From: Nitrospirales bacterium
GTDB taxonomy: Bacteria > Nitrospirota > Nitrospiria > Nitrospirales > UBA8639
Direction: 5' to 3'
Length of the DNA stretch: 64,000 nt
Assembly: GCA_963422365.1 (NCBI GenBank)
Contig: OY729426.1
Location: 1,792,001 to 1,856,000 of the forward strand
In this document: one piece after another, positions 30,780 through 42,269 of the stretch
How positions within the stretch are numbered: the first letter of the stretch is position 1
Layout of the letters: the number at the start of each line of letters is the position of its first letter
The notes under the pieces: model-generated
Told to the model about the DNA's origin: nothing
Seen by the model: only the letters and a program-made list of their open reading frames with translations
Database searches by the model: none
Translations under genes and position numbers: made by a program

Positions 30780-31493
30780 ATGTCAGGATCGCGTATAAAA
30801 GTCGTGTTTTTTGATGCGGTTGGAACCCTGTTTCACGTTAAGGGGTCCGTAGGGGCTGTCTATCTTCATCATGCTGAAAAGTATGGAGTGCCGAATTCGG
30901 TTACGATGGTGACCAAGGTAAATCAGGCGTTTAAGGAAGCCTTTCTCCAAGCCCCCCCACCAATTTTTGTCGTTGAGCAACCGGAAAAATTAAAGCAATG
31001 CGAAAGGCTCTGGTGGTTTGATATTGTTCATGCGGTGTTTTATCGCGTTGGAATGTTTGACGGGTTTGATGACTACTTCGATGAAGTCTACGAAGCCTTT
31101 GGCACCGCGGATGCATGGGAAATCTATTCAGAAGTGCCTGAAGTTTTGCAGCAATTGCAATTGCAAGGATATGAGCTTGGGGTGATCTCCAACTTTGATA
31201 CGAGGTTTTTTGAAATTGTCCGGGGGTTACGGTTGGGTCACTTGTTCGATTCCATCACGATTTCCAGCATCGTAGGGTCGGCCAAACCGTCTCCAAAGAT
31301 TTTTCGGCATGCCTTAGACCAACACGTGATTGAGCCGGAAGAGGCCATGCATGTGGGTGATGATCATAAGGAAGATTTTGATGGGGCCACCAATGCTCAC
31401 TTATCGGGGGTGCTCCTTGATCGAGACAGTGAAGGGAAAGACGGAATACCCTGTATTTCCAATCTTAGGGATTTGTCGCGCGTTCTTCATTAA
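30780..31493 (+). CDS. HAD-IA family hydrolase (REG-2-like)
   Basis: FFDAVGTL, ISNFD, KP.P.IF and HVGD. Confidence 0.9.
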   Translation: MSGSRIKVVFFDAVGTLFHVKGSVGAVYLHHAEKYGVPNSVTMVTKVNQAFKEAFLQAPPPIFVVEQPEKLKQCERLWWFDIVHAVFYRVGMFDGFDDYFDEVYEAFGTADAWEIYSEVPEVLQQLQLQGYELGVISNFDTRFFEIVRGLRLGHLFDSITISSIVGSAKPSPKIFRHALDQHVIEPEEAMHVGDDHKEDFDGATNAHLSGVLLDRDSEGKDGIPCISNLRDLSRVLH

Positions 31494-31727
31494 ACCAGTG
31501 CCACGTGGTTCTATGCAGGGGCCTGCATTGAGAATTTTGGAAAAGCCCGCTTTTCCAAACGACGGATTTGTCCGCTTTCCTTGACGTCGGAAATTTCTGC
31601 CTGCTAAAGTTTTTCACAACTGCTTGGTTTTATTTGAGAAATTTTATAGATTCATAAAATAAGTACACAAAGTCAAAAAACTATTGATTAAACCTTTTAG
31701 TATGACTTGAATGTTGCGAGGAGTGTT

Positions 31728-34691
31728 ATGAAGGATTTTCTTGAGATAGATCGTGATCGTGTCCCGCAGTGGGATCGGTTTGTTGTCAGGGCCAAAGGTC
31801 TTGAAAAAGACTGGGGCGCCGGTGAAGATGCCGAGCAGGAAACGCTCCCGGATCCACCCACCGGCGTAAAGGTTGTCGCAGGCAATGGGTTTATTACGCT
31901 GAGTTGGGATTCGGTTCCTGATGCGATGTACTACAATGTCTATTATCAGACCTCTCAAGGGGTCAACATCAAGCCGAATGAACTGACTCGTCCGATTGCG
32001 AGTCAAGAAGATTTTGTGCCCGTGATCGGGGTTACCAAAGAAAAAGGGAGTTGTCTCGAAGGCCCTTCCTGTCCGTACACGCATAACGACCTTGCCAATG
32101 GGTTGTGTTACCACTATGTGGTCACCGTCGTGACTGCCGATGGGGAAAGTCGTGAATCGGAAGAAGTCATGTCGATCCCTTCGCCGTATTTGCCCGTGAT
32201 GGTGGTTGGACAAGAAGGTGTCGATGATGGGGAATTTCGTTCTCCTACCGGTATTGCCCTCGATAGCGACGGGAACATCTATGTCGCGGATACCGATAAT
32301 CATGCCATTCAACAGTTTGACAAGGATGGGAAATTTTCGGCTCGCTGGGGTGGAGAAGCGGATTCGGAAGAAGGCACATTTTATTATCCCAGAGGGTTAG
32401 CAACTTCTCCAGAAGGGCATGTGTATGTGGCGGATAGTGGAAACAACCGCGTCCAAAAGTTTGATCCCGATGGGAACTTTTTGCATGCCTGGGGCAAGTT
32501 CGGCTTTGCCTGGCGAGGTGCCGAGGCCGGACAGTTTGACGTGCCTTGGGGAGTGACCACGGATCAGCAAGGAAATCTCTACGTCTCGGACACGAGTAAC
32601 GCGCGCATCCAAAAATTCCAGTCGGATGGCACCCCCTTGATGAAATGGGGAAAAGACGGGAGTTTCGATGGAGCATTTTTCTATCCGCGAGGCCTGACGG
32701 TCGACTTTGCCGGCCATGTTTACATTGCCGATGAAGGCAATCATCGCATCCAAAAATTCGATTCCCGTGGAAATTTCCTGGCGAAATGGGGGAGAGAAGG
32801 GAATGGGATCGGACAGTTTAAATCTCCCTGGGGCGTGGCATGCGATGCGTTAGGAAATGTGTATGTCGTGGATAGTGGGAACCACCGAATTCAAAAGTTC
32901 GATTCGAACGGAACCTATCTGTGCTCTTGGGGCAACCGTGGGTTGACGGAAGCCCAGGTAAACTTTCCTTCCGGCATTGCGGTGGATAAAGAAGGGTTTG
33001 TGTATGTGGTGGATAGTGGGAATTATCGGGTCTTGAAATTTGCGCCGACAGAAGAGGAACTCGCCAGAGGCCGAGAAAAAACCGACAAGGTGGCACAGTC
33101 GGAGGATGGCCTACTTGCCACGCCGTTAGTGGGAAAACCCGGAGATACAGAAGCGATTCTCAGTTGGATGGAGGTGGCCGGCGCCGTGTCCTACAACGTA
33201 TATTTTAGTACCAGTCCTGGTGTGACCCAAGAGACGGCTACTCGAATAGAAGGGGTGACGAGTCCTTATACCCATACTGGATTGACGAATGATACGGCCT
33301 ATTATTACGTGCTCACGAGTGTTGATGAGAATGACGCCGAGAGCCCTCTTTCCGAAGAACAGGAAGTCACGCCTGTTTTGATTGACGTGGCTGCCCCACA
33401 GAATCCGGATCTTGTCCTGAATCACTGGGCGTATATGACGAATTCGTTAGATGTGGTTGCGACCATTTCAGCAAGGGACGTCGATACCGGTGTGAATGGA
33501 TATTTCATTTCTGAAAATCCCATGACTCCCAGTGCGACCTTGCCGGGATGGATTGAGGTTGAACCGGAAAATCGTTTTGGGGCGACGATTCCCTTTACGT
33601 TGTCTCCGGGTGATGGACCCAAAACGGTCTATGTCTGGTTTAAAGACGTTGGCAATAATATCTCAGTCCCGGCCAGTGCGAACATTTTACTGAATACCTC
33701 GGGGTACGTGTGTACGGCGAAATGGGGGAAACCCGGTCGTGGCGCCTCCTTGCTGCATGGTGGTGAATTTATGTCGCCGTTATATGGGCTGACCATCGAT
33801 CATCAGGGTTCCTTGTTCGTAATCGACAATGGCAATACCCGTGTCCAAAAATTCGATGGCAATGGAAATTTTATCCTGTTGTGGGGGAACTTCGGCACGG
33901 CCAATGGGAATTTTAACAACCCCACGGGAATCGCGTGCGATGGAAAAGGTGATGTGTATGTGTGTGATACCAGTAACCATCGCGTGCAGAAATTCGATGG
34001 GAAATTAGGCCACTACCTGATGAAAATCGGTAGTCGTGGGAATGGAGAAGGACAGTTTAATGCCCCATGGGATATCGCGGTTGACCGGGTGCGTGGCTAC
34101 CTGTACGTCGTCGATAGTGCCAATTTCCGTGTCCAAAAATTCGATGAAGACGGCGAGTTTGTCATGCAGTGGGGAAGTTTTGGGAATAATGATGGCCAAT
34201 TCTATTTTGCTCGGGGCGTGGCCGTCGATCAGCATGACGGAATGGTGTACGTCGTGGATATGGGGAATCATCGAATCCAAAAGTTTGATACCAGTACGAA
34301 CGTGCTCCCGCAGCTGGTCGCCAAATGGGGTGGGGGGATCGGTCCGGGCCATGCGAGTAGCGCCCAAGCCCAGGAGCCGGGCCAATTCCGTTCACCGTGG
34401 GGGATCACGGTAGATGGCGCAGGCGATGTCTATATATCGGACACCGGGAACCAGAGGATTCAAAAATTCGATCGGGATGGAAATTTCATTACCCAATGGG
34501 GTGGTTTTGGGAATGCCGACGGGCAATTCAACTTTCCCTATGGGGTCGTAGTCGATCATAAAGGGCATGTCTTCGTGGTCGATAGCGGCAATATGCGTGT
34601 GCAACATTTTATGCCGGCTGAAGATGCCGAAGAATTTCTGCGAGACGAAGAGGAAACGGTTGCAGCCCTTTCTGAAGGCGGAGAACAATAG
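31728..34691 (+). CDS. fibronectin type III plus NHL-repeat protein with two beta-propellers
   Basis: Two FN3-like segments (LSW..V..A..YNVY), two blocks of about six NHL repeats (P.G.A.D..G.VYV.D.GN.RIQKFD), and a GAGGAG RBS. Confidence 0.9.
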   Translation: MKDFLEIDRDRVPQWDRFVVRAKGLEKDWGAGEDAEQETLPDPPTGVKVVAGNGFITLSWDSVPDAMYYNVYYQTSQGVNIKPNELTRPIASQEDFVPVIGVTKEKGSCLEGPSCPYTHNDLANGLCYHYVVTVVTADGESRESEEVMSIPSPYLPVMVVGQEGVDDGEFRSPTGIALDSDGNIYVADTDNHAIQQFDKDGKFSARWGGEADSEEGTFYYPRGLATSPEGHVYVADSGNNRVQKFDPDGNFLHAWGKFGFAWRGAEAGQFDVPWGVTTDQQGNLYVSDTSNARIQKFQSDGTPLMKWGKDGSFDGAFFYPRGLTVDFAGHVYIADEGNHRIQKFDSRGNFLAKWGREGNGIGQFKSPWGVACDALGNVYVVDSGNHRIQKFDSNGTYLCSWGNRGLTEAQVNFPSGIAVDKEGFVYVVDSGNYRVLKFAPTEEELARGREKTDKVAQSEDGLLATPLVGKPGDTEAILSWMEVAGAVSYNVYFSTSPGVTQETATRIEGVTSPYTHTGLTNDTAYYYVLTSVDENDAESPLSEEQEVTPVLIDVAAPQNPDLVLNHWAYMTNSLDVVATISARDVDTGVNGYFISENPMTPSATLPGWIEVEPENRFGATIPFTLSPGDGPKTVYVWFKDVGNNISVPASANILLNTSGYVCTAKWGKPGRGASLLHGGEFMSPLYGLTIDHQGSLFVIDNGNTRVQKFDGNGNFILLWGNFGTANGNFNNPTGIACDGKGDVYVCDTSNHRVQKFDGKLGHYLMKIGSRGNGEGQFNAPWDIAVDRVRGYLYVVDSANFRVQKFDEDGEFVMQWGSFGNNDGQFYFARGVAVDQHDGMVYVVDMGNHRIQKFDTSTNVLPQLVAKWGGGIGPGHASSAQAQEPGQFRSPWGITVDGAGDVYISDTGNQRIQKFDRDGNFITQWGGFGNADGQFNFPYGVVVDHKGHVFVVDSGNMRVQHFMPAEDAEEFLRDEEETVAALSEGGEQ

Positions 34692-34922
34692 GGGCTCAAC
34701 CTCTATGGACCGAGTCAGGCTTCTGTGATTGCAGGTCTGATCCATCAGGGAGCCTTTCTTTTTTAGTTCTGGCCATTGGCCCCATCGATTTTTTGCGAAA
34801 ATCTTGCTAAGCTGTTTTCGTGTTCTCTCACCAGTCCTTGTTCATCGACAGTTTCGTGTCGTAGTTAAGCTCCTACTCTGATTCAGTCAGAGCGGGGTGT
34901 ATCGTTTCCAAGGAACACGCGT

Positions 34923-36389
34923 ATGGCACTCTGGGAAAAAACTCGAATCGGCTTGACCTTTGATGATGTGGTGTTAGTGCCCGCTAAATCAGAAGTGAGC
35001 CCTGGTGAGGTGAATTGTTCCACTCACGTCTCGCGCCGGATTACGATTCATATCCCTATTCTGAGTGCCGCCATGGATACCGTGACGGAAGGGCGTTTAG
35101 CCATTGCGTTGGCTCGGGAAGGTGGTATGGGCGTCCTCCATCGGGCCTTGTCGCCTGAAAGCCAAGCCCTTGAAGTAGACAAGGTGAAAAAATCCGAGAG
35201 TGGAATGATTCTCGATCCGATTACGATTGCGCCTAACCAAACCATTCGTGACGCTCATGAAATTATGGCGACCTACCGGATTTCCGGCATTCCGGTGACG
35301 AGCGAAAAAAAATTAGTGGGTATTCTAACCAATCGGGATCTGCGATTTGAGTCTCGTTTGGATCTGCCGGTGTCGCAAGTGATGACTCAGGGACAGCTCG
35401 TGACGGTTCCTGAGGGGACGAGCCTCGCCCAAGCCCGAGAAATTCTGCATGAGAATCGAATGGAAAAATTACTGGTTGTCAATGACGAATATGAACTCAA
35501 AGGGCTCATCACGATCAAAGACATTCAAAAACAGATTCAATACCCGAATGCCAGTAAAGATGCCCATGGTCGGCTACGAGTCGCTGCAGCCGTCGGTGTG
35601 GGGGAGGACGTGCCGGAACGTGTTGAACGATTGATCAATGCCGGTGTGGATATGATCGTCGTCGATACGGCGCATGGGCATTCCCAAAGTGTCATCGATA
35701 CTGTGAAAATGATCAAACAACACGATTCGTCGCTAGAGGTAACGGCGGGAAACATCGGGACGGCGGAGGCGGCAAAGGAACTCGTGGATGCAGGCGTTGA
35801 CGCGGTAAAGGTTGGCGTGGGGCCGGGCTCGATTTGTACGACGAGAATCGTCTCAGGAGCCGGCGTCCCCCAACTGACTGCCATCGCTGATTGTGCCGAG
35901 GCGTTGAACGGAACGGGCGTATCGATCATTGCTGATGGAGGCATTAAATATTCAGGCGATATCCCCAAAGCCTTGGCCGCTGGAGCCTCTGCCGTGATGA
36001 TTGGTTCTTTGTTCGCGGGTACTGAAGAATCGCCGGGGGAAACGGTCTTGTATCAAGGCCGTACCTATAAGGAATATCGGGGTATGGGTTCGCTTGGAGC
36101 CTTGGAACGATGGGGCCAAGACCGGTATCGACAAGAAGGGCAAGTGGCGGGAAAGCTGGTACCGGAGGGTATCGAAGGCCGTGTGCCCTATAAAGGCCCC
36201 CTGTCCAGTATGGTGTATCAATTAGTAGGTGGCCTCAAAGCTGGAATGGGATATTGCGGATGTCGGTCTATTCCTGAATTACAACAATGTGCCCAGTTTA
36301 TTCGTTTAACCCAAGCCGGATTGAAGGAAAGCCACGTTCATGACGTGGTGATCACCAAGGAGGCTCCCAACTATAGGGCTGCACGTTGA
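34923..36389 (+). CDS. guaB: IMP dehydrogenase
   Basis: LTFDDV, CBS pair, GPGSICTTR and YRGMGS. Confidence 0.98.
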   Translation: MALWEKTRIGLTFDDVVLVPAKSEVSPGEVNCSTHVSRRITIHIPILSAAMDTVTEGRLAIALAREGGMGVLHRALSPESQALEVDKVKKSESGMILDPITIAPNQTIRDAHEIMATYRISGIPVTSEKKLVGILTNRDLRFESRLDLPVSQVMTQGQLVTVPEGTSLAQAREILHENRMEKLLVVNDEYELKGLITIKDIQKQIQYPNASKDAHGRLRVAAAVGVGEDVPERVERLINAGVDMIVVDTAHGHSQSVIDTVKMIKQHDSSLEVTAGNIGTAEAAKELVDAGVDAVKVGVGPGSICTTRIVSGAGVPQLTAIADCAEALNGTGVSIIADGGIKYSGDIPKALAAGASAVMIGSLFAGTEESPGETVLYQGRTYKEYRGMGSLGALERWGQDRYRQEGQVAGKLVPEGIEGRVPYKGPLSSMVYQLVGGLKAGMGYCGCRSIPELQQCAQFIRLTQAGLKESHVHDVVITKEAPNYRAAR

Positions 36390-36444
36390 ATAGCGTGAGT
36401 CCATCGTGCGCAGGATTTAGCTGCGACGAACAATGTAATGCTCC

Positions 36445-37998
36445 ATGGCGTCCTGTCACGATACGATTGTCATTCTTGATTTTGGGTCACAGTACACCCA
36501 ACTGATTGCTCGCCGGATTCGAGAATCCCACGTTCATTCCATTATCCTTCCTTCTTCGGCTTCCTTAGAAACGATTCAAGCGAATCAACCTAAAGGCATC
36601 ATTTTGTCCGGGGGGCCGGCCAGTGTGACGAGTGTCGGGCGACCGACATGGTCGAAAGAGATTATGAAAGAGGGTCTACCTATTCTCGGTATTTGCTATG
36701 GTATGCAAGTCATTGCGCAGTCTATGGGGGGGCGAGTCGGTCAAGCAAAGCGTAGAGAATTCGGTCGTGCGGAATTAATGGTTCAGGATGGATCAGATTT
36801 ATTCAAGGGGCTGGATGAGAAGAGTCCCTTTTCGGTCTGGATGTCGCATGGAGACCGGATTGAAAAGTTGCCCTCCGGCTTTACACCCATTGCACGGACG
36901 GCGAATTCTCCCATCGCGGCGATGAAATCGGTCAACAAGAAGCATCGCCTCTACTGTCTGCAATTTCACCCTGAAGTCGCCCATACCCCATACGGTGCAC
37001 AGATCCTCAAAAACTTTGTCTATCATATTTGTGAGGCGAGACCGACCTGGACGATGGTTTCATTTTTACACGATTCCATCGACCAGATTCGGCAACGAGT
37101 GGGGCAGGAGAAAGTGCTCTGTGCCCTGAGTGGGGGAGTCGATAGTACGGTGGCGGCAACCATGACCCATCGGGCAATTGGGCAACAACTCACCTGTGTT
37201 TTTATCGATAATGGGGTGATGCGAAAAAATGAAGCCAAACATCTTAAGAAGATGTTTCGGTCGTTTCACCTCAATACTTGTATGGTCGATGCCTCCGAGC
37301 AATTTTTACGAGCGCTGGGTCGAACGACCGATCCTGAAAAAAAACGCAAGATCATCGGGCGGCAATTCATTAAAGCGTTTGATCGCGAAGCGCGGAACAT
37401 TGGCAATGTCCGTTACTTGGTCCAGGGTACCCTCTATCCTGATGTCATTGAAAGTATCAGCCACAAAGGGCCTTCTGCGACGATCAAGACGCACCACAAC
37501 GTTGGTGGCCTTCCCGCACGGATGAAACTCCAATTAATCGAACCGCTTCGAGAATTGTTCAAGGATGAAGTCCGAGCGTTGGGCAAGGAACTGGGATTGC
37601 CGGACGACATAATTCATCGTCATCCTTTTCCGGGCCCCGGCTTGGCTATTCGTATTATTGGAGCGGTGACGCCTGCTCGTCTAGGCATGCTTCGTGAAGC
37701 GGATGCCATTTTTCTCGATGAATTACAGGGACAAGGGTTGTACCGGCAAACGTGGCAGGCGTTTGCCGTGTTGCTTCCGATTCGGACCGTGGGAGTGATG
37801 GGGGATCAACGGACGTATGAGTACGTCATTGGGTTACGAGCCGTGACCAGTGTGGACGGCATGACGGCTGATTTGGCGCCCTTGCCGCAATCCTTTCTGG
37901 CGCACGTGGCGAGCCGCATCATCAATGAGGTGCGGGGAGTGAATCGTGTCGTGTATGACATCAGTTCCAAACCGCCAAGTACGATTGAATGGGAATAA
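36445..37998 (+). CDS. guaA: GMP synthase (glutamine-hydrolysing)
   Basis: DFGSQY, GICYGMQ, SGGVDS and KPPSTIEWE. Confidence 0.98.
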   Translation: MASCHDTIVILDFGSQYTQLIARRIRESHVHSIILPSSASLETIQANQPKGIILSGGPASVTSVGRPTWSKEIMKEGLPILGICYGMQVIAQSMGGRVGQAKRREFGRAELMVQDGSDLFKGLDEKSPFSVWMSHGDRIEKLPSGFTPIARTANSPIAAMKSVNKKHRLYCLQFHPEVAHTPYGAQILKNFVYHICEARPTWTMVSFLHDSIDQIRQRVGQEKVLCALSGGVDSTVAATMTHRAIGQQLTCVFIDNGVMRKNEAKHLKKMFRSFHLNTCMVDASEQFLRALGRTTDPEKKRKIIGRQFIKAFDREARNIGNVRYLVQGTLYPDVIESISHKGPSATIKTHHNVGGLPARMKLQLIEPLRELFKDEVRALGKELGLPDDIIHRHPFPGPGLAIRIIGAVTPARLGMLREADAIFLDELQGQGLYRQTWQAFAVLLPIRTVGVMGDQRTYEYVIGLRAVTSVDGMTADLAPLPQSFLAHVASRIINEVRGVNRVVYDISSKPPSTIEWE

Positions 37999-39045
37999 TT
38001 GTTTAAAAAACAATAAGTTATTATATTTTATTAATGTAATATATTAATTGGTATTTTATATTAATCTCTATGCCAAACTTCCATAATCCAAAGTTCTCTG
38101 CCACACTTTTCCTCTGAGAAACCTGACTGCTATTTTTGTTTGACTATTGCCGTGCTTCTTGGAAGTGCGGAGATGTTGCTTGGAGGGAGTAATGAAAAAA
38201 TTGGTCTTATCCTTAGTGATCGCGGTATTTGTTTCAGGATGTATACTACCTTATCTAGTAGCAAATATTTCATCTTTTTCCGAACTGCCCAATAAATTAA
38301 TAGGCAAAAAGATTCACGTTTTAGCGTACCCGTCAGAAAAGGATGACACACTCGAATGGAAGTCATACCGAAAAAATTCGAAAGTGGTTTTAAGAAGGCA
38401 GGTTTAGATATTGGGTCAATTGGATCGGCGGATTACGTCGCATTTATTTCCTATGGGATAGATAGTGGAAAAACAAAGAAAGACCTCGTAAGTACCCCGA
38501 TTTATGGTTCGACTGGCGGTGGTACGACCTCTCACTCTGGAACTTATTCTACGTATGGCGGGGGGTATGGGAGTTATAGTGGAACTAGTTATTCAATGCC
38601 GACATATGGGGTTCTAGGTACTAGTACTGTATCCGGCGAGGTTTTTACACGAAATATCGCGGTGGATATTGTTCTCCGGGAAACGCTTAAGGATAAAAAA
38701 CCAACTAAGGTCTATGAAGGGCGCTTGCGCAGTGCGGGGTCTTGCTCGTAAATGAAAGAAGTGATTGATGAAAGGGTAGAAGGATTTTTCCAGAAATTCC
38801 CTACGGGTTCCGGAAAAGTGATTATTCCCTGTATTTTTGATTGCTGAATAGAAAAGCGAACTATTTCCAATCTTTATATCGACTTCACAGAAACTTGACC
38901 GTGAATGTTTCCGTAAGAAATACAAAGAGTGTTGAGTTAGGATGCTTGGAACGATTGATTTTCCATAAAAACACCGAGTTACAAAGTAAAGATAAAACCT
39001 TTAATATCAATTGGTTATATGGTTATTTTTATTGAATGGAAATAG
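37999..39045. mobile_element. degenerate AT-rich islet integrated at the guaA 3' end
   Basis: attgaatgggaataa (37984-37998, end of guaA) is repeated as attgaatggaaatag (39031-39045), 13/15 identical. The interior is visibly AT-rich and has no integrase. Confidence 0.65.
38192..38847 (+). pseudogene. DUF4136-like lipoprotein with a frameshift and a premature stop
   Basis: Lipobox VSGC. A frameshift in the A6 run at 38371-38376 joins EWKSYRK to KFESG. An in-frame TAA at 38749-38751 precedes MKEVIDERVEGFFQKFP. Confidence 0.65.
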
Positions 39046-39118
39046 CACGCCTTCACCAGGGCCTTTTTCTTTCGGGAAGAGGAAACGTTGTTTATCCAGA
39101 GCTGTATCGCAGAAGGTT

Positions 39119-40063
39119 ATGAAACACACGATGGTTCGATTGCAAAAAGTCATCGCCGCCAGCGGATTGGCGTCCCGGCGTGCGGCGGAAAGCATGATTC
39201 GAGAAGGCCATGTTACAGTAAACGGCAAAGTCGTTCGTGTACTTGGAACGTGCATTGATCCGTCGAGAGACCATGTGAAGGTCGATGGTTGTCACGTGCA
39301 ATCGGCTGAGCCCGAAGTCTTTGTGCTTTTACATAAGCCACCTGGGTACGTGACGACAATGAACGATCCTTATGGCCGGCCCACGATTGTGGATTTGCTG
39401 GCGAAAGTAAAAGTGCGAGTCTTTCCAGTCGGTCGGCTCGACTATGACACCGAAGGGCTGTTACTTTTGACGAATAATGGAGAGGTGGCACAAGCATGTG
39501 TCCATCCTCGGTACCATGTACCGAAGACCTATTTAGTGAAAGTGTCGGGGGTGTGTACGGATGAGGAAATACGCAATCTGCAAGACGGGATCGTATTAGA
39601 TGACGGCATGACCGCTCCAGCCGCGATCAAAAAATCTGGAAAGGCCAAGGCCAATTCATGGCTGGAACTCACGATTCATGAAGGCAGGAAGCATCAGATC
39701 AAGCACATGATTGAAGCCTTGGGGCATCGAGTCATGCGCATCAAAAGAATTCGTTTCGGCCCGATTGCCCTGGGAGACTTGCCCGTAGGCGTTTGTCGGT
39801 TTGCAACCGATGCCGAAGCCAATGCCCTGCGGACGGTCGGTTATCGAACGACCAAGACCCGAAACGCTCATGTGCAGGCCCCACAGTCCAACTTGCGAAA
39901 TTTGCGGCCGGCTAGAGATACTGGGCCTCCGGTGCACGTGCGTACAACGAATCCTTCGGCAAAGAAGGCTCCAAGCAGCAAGGCTCGTCAGGCTTCCGGC
40001 AGTGCCCAACGGCCCAGGCGAGTCGTGAAAGGCCGGGGTCGGACCCCGACTCGAAAAGGGTGA
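39119..40063 (+). CDS. rluB: rRNA pseudouridine synthase, RsuA/RluB family, with basic C-terminal tail
   Basis: S4 domain RLQK..A.SG.ASRR, VGRLDYDTEGLLLLTN and EGRKHQIK. Confidence 0.88.
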   Translation: MKHTMVRLQKVIAASGLASRRAAESMIREGHVTVNGKVVRVLGTCIDPSRDHVKVDGCHVQSAEPEVFVLLHKPPGYVTTMNDPYGRPTIVDLLAKVKVRVFPVGRLDYDTEGLLLLTNNGEVAQACVHPRYHVPKTYLVKVSGVCTDEEIRNLQDGIVLDDGMTAPAAIKKSGKAKANSWLELTIHEGRKHQIKHMIEALGHRVMRIKRIRFGPIALGDLPVGVCRFATDAEANALRTVGYRTTKTRNAHVQAPQSNLRNLRPARDTGPPVHVRTTNPSAKKAPSSKARQASGSAQRPRRVVKGRGRTPTRKG

Positions 40064-41832
40064 GAAACACGGTGAAGCGTACACGCCATTGTGGAGCATT
40101 GACACGCGCGCAAGAGGGGCAATCCGTCACGCTGATGGGCTGGGTGCATGGTCGCCGCGATCATGGCGGCGTGTTGTTTATCGATGTGCGTGATCGGTTC
40201 AGCATCACACAACTCGTGTTCGATGTGGAGAAAGATGCAAGTCTGCACGACCAGGCAAACGGGCTACGCAACGAATTTGTGATTGCCGCAACCGGAAGGG
40301 TACGGATCAGACCGAAAGCGTCGTTTAATCCCCAGTTGACGACAGGGGAAATCGAGATCGAAGTCAGCACGCTGGATGTCTTGAATCGCGCCAATACCCC
40401 GCCGTTTTTCATCGAAGACGACATTCACGCCGCGGAATCCCTTCGTTTAAAACATCGGTATTTGGATTTGCGCCGACCCTTCATGCAGCGATTACTCAAG
40501 CTGCGTCATGACGTGGCCTATCAGAGCAGACGGTTTCTCCATGAGCGGGAATTTCTTGAAATTGAAACCCCGATTCTCACGAAAAGCACGCCGGAAGGAG
40601 CGAGAGATTACCTTGTGCCAAGCCGCGTCAATCCAGGCGAATTCTTTGCCTTGCCGCAATCGCCGCAATTATTCAAACAAATTCTGATGGTCGGCGGCGC
40701 CGATCGGTATTTTCAAATCGCTCGCTGTTTCCGTGACGAAGATCTCCGGCTCGATCGGCAACCCGAGTTTACGCAAATCGACCTTGAGATGTCGTTTGTG
40801 GAACGTGACGACGTTATGAACGTGACGGAAGAGTTGCTGAGGCTCGTGTGTAAAGAAGCAGCGGGCCTTGCTTTACCGTCTCCGTTCCCGCGTTTGACCT
40901 ATCAAGAGGCCATATCGCGGTATGGGACCGATAAGCCCGATCGTCGATTTGGGTTAGAGCTTTGTGATCTGAACGAAGTCGCCAAACACGTCGAGTTTAA
41001 AGTATTTCGGGATACGGTCGAAAAAGGCGGACAAGTTTCCGGGCTCGTGGTCAAAGGCGGGGCGGACATTGCGCGAAATCGGATCGACCGTCTCATTGAC
41101 GTCGCTAAAGGGTTTGGGGCCAAAGGCCTCGCGTGGGTCAAGATTATCGAAGGGTGGCAGTTGGAGTCGGCCATTGCCAAATTTCTCAACGCCGAACTGT
41201 TTCAACGGGCGTTTCCAGATGCCGGTCCAGGGGATCTAATGCTTTTTGTCGCGGACAAGCCGGCCGTCACGTATGAGGTATTGGGCCGACTTCGATCATG
41301 CCTTGGCGTTGAATTGGAGTTGATCGATCAAGACAAGTGGGAGCCCGTGTGGGTGACCGACTTTCCCATGTTCGAATACGATTCGGCAGAACAACGGCAT
41401 GTGGTTCTGCATCATCCCTTTACGTCGCCTTGTCTGGACGATCTCCCTGACTTGGATTCCGCCCCATTACAAGTTCATGCTCAAGCCTATGATCTTGTCC
41501 TCAATGGGTTTGAAATCGGTGGGGGAAGTATTCGTATCCACCAAAGTGAGGTGCAGCGCAAGGTGTTTGACCTGCTGGGGATTTCCAAGGAAGCCGCTCA
41601 AGAAAAATTCGGGTTTTTGCTGGAAGCCCTGGAGTATGGTGCCCCTCCCCACGGGGGGATTGCTTTGGGCCTCGATCGCCTGATCATGTTGCTCGGAAAA
41701 GCCGAGTCCATTCGTGACGTCATTCCTTTCCCCAAAACGCAAAAAGCTCAATGTCTGATGACCGACGCGCCGTCCGCGGTGAGCAACGTGCAACTCAACG
41801 AACTCCACATTAAACTCGATCCGGAAATGTAA
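40060..41832 (+). CDS. aspS: aspartate--tRNA ligase, probably non-discriminating
   Basis: RRDHGG, STPEGARDY, LPQSPQLFKQ and GAPPHGG.A.GLDR. Confidence 0.98.
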   Translation: MRNTVKRTRHCGALTRAQEGQSVTLMGWVHGRRDHGGVLFIDVRDRFSITQLVFDVEKDASLHDQANGLRNEFVIAATGRVRIRPKASFNPQLTTGEIEIEVSTLDVLNRANTPPFFIEDDIHAAESLRLKHRYLDLRRPFMQRLLKLRHDVAYQSRRFLHEREFLEIETPILTKSTPEGARDYLVPSRVNPGEFFALPQSPQLFKQILMVGGADRYFQIARCFRDEDLRLDRQPEFTQIDLEMSFVERDDVMNVTEELLRLVCKEAAGLALPSPFPRLTYQEAISRYGTDKPDRRFGLELCDLNEVAKHVEFKVFRDTVEKGGQVSGLVVKGGADIARNRIDRLIDVAKGFGAKGLAWVKIIEGWQLESAIAKFLNAELFQRAFPDAGPGDLMLFVADKPAVTYEVLGRLRSCLGVELELIDQDKWEPVWVTDFPMFEYDSAEQRHVVLHHPFTSPCLDDLPDLDSAPLQVHAQAYDLVLNGFEIGGGSIRIHQSEVQRKVFDLLGISKEAAQEKFGFLLEALEYGAPPHGGIALGLDRLIMLLGKAESIRDVIPFPKTQKAQCLMTDAPSAVSNVQLNELHIKLDPEM

Positions 41833-42269
41833 TGCGTTTTCTAACCCCTGAATCCTGGCTGGATCGGGCTAGGTCACAGCAGGATGTTCGCTCGACGAGT
41901 GCCTGCTTGCCGAGATCAATGTCGGCATCAGGCAAATCGGCTCGAAGCTGTCGTGGTTCCTGGCTGCCGATACGTGCAACGCCCTTGACAGCCAGCGATC
42001 ATTCATTACTAAGCCTCCGCTTCCTCCCGTCCATCGAAAATACTCCCGCTTGGTCGCTTCAATATTTATATCATTTGGTGTCTGATCTATGAGTGTCCTG
42101 CGGAAGATCTGGCAACACCTTGATGGCGTATAACAAATTGTTAACCACGTGATCTTTTCCAACAACCGCTCGCGGAGCATCGAAAGGTTTTCATGACTTT
42201 TGAAGCGGTGTTTGAAGGTAGTCCCTGTGGACTGGTGGCAATCCGACTCTCGGTCGCAAATGGAGCACG

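Noticed and set aside
38371..38376. Phase variation at the A6 tract of the lipoprotein gene
   Set aside because: The tract is short, and a separate nonsense codon downstream would still truncate the protein.
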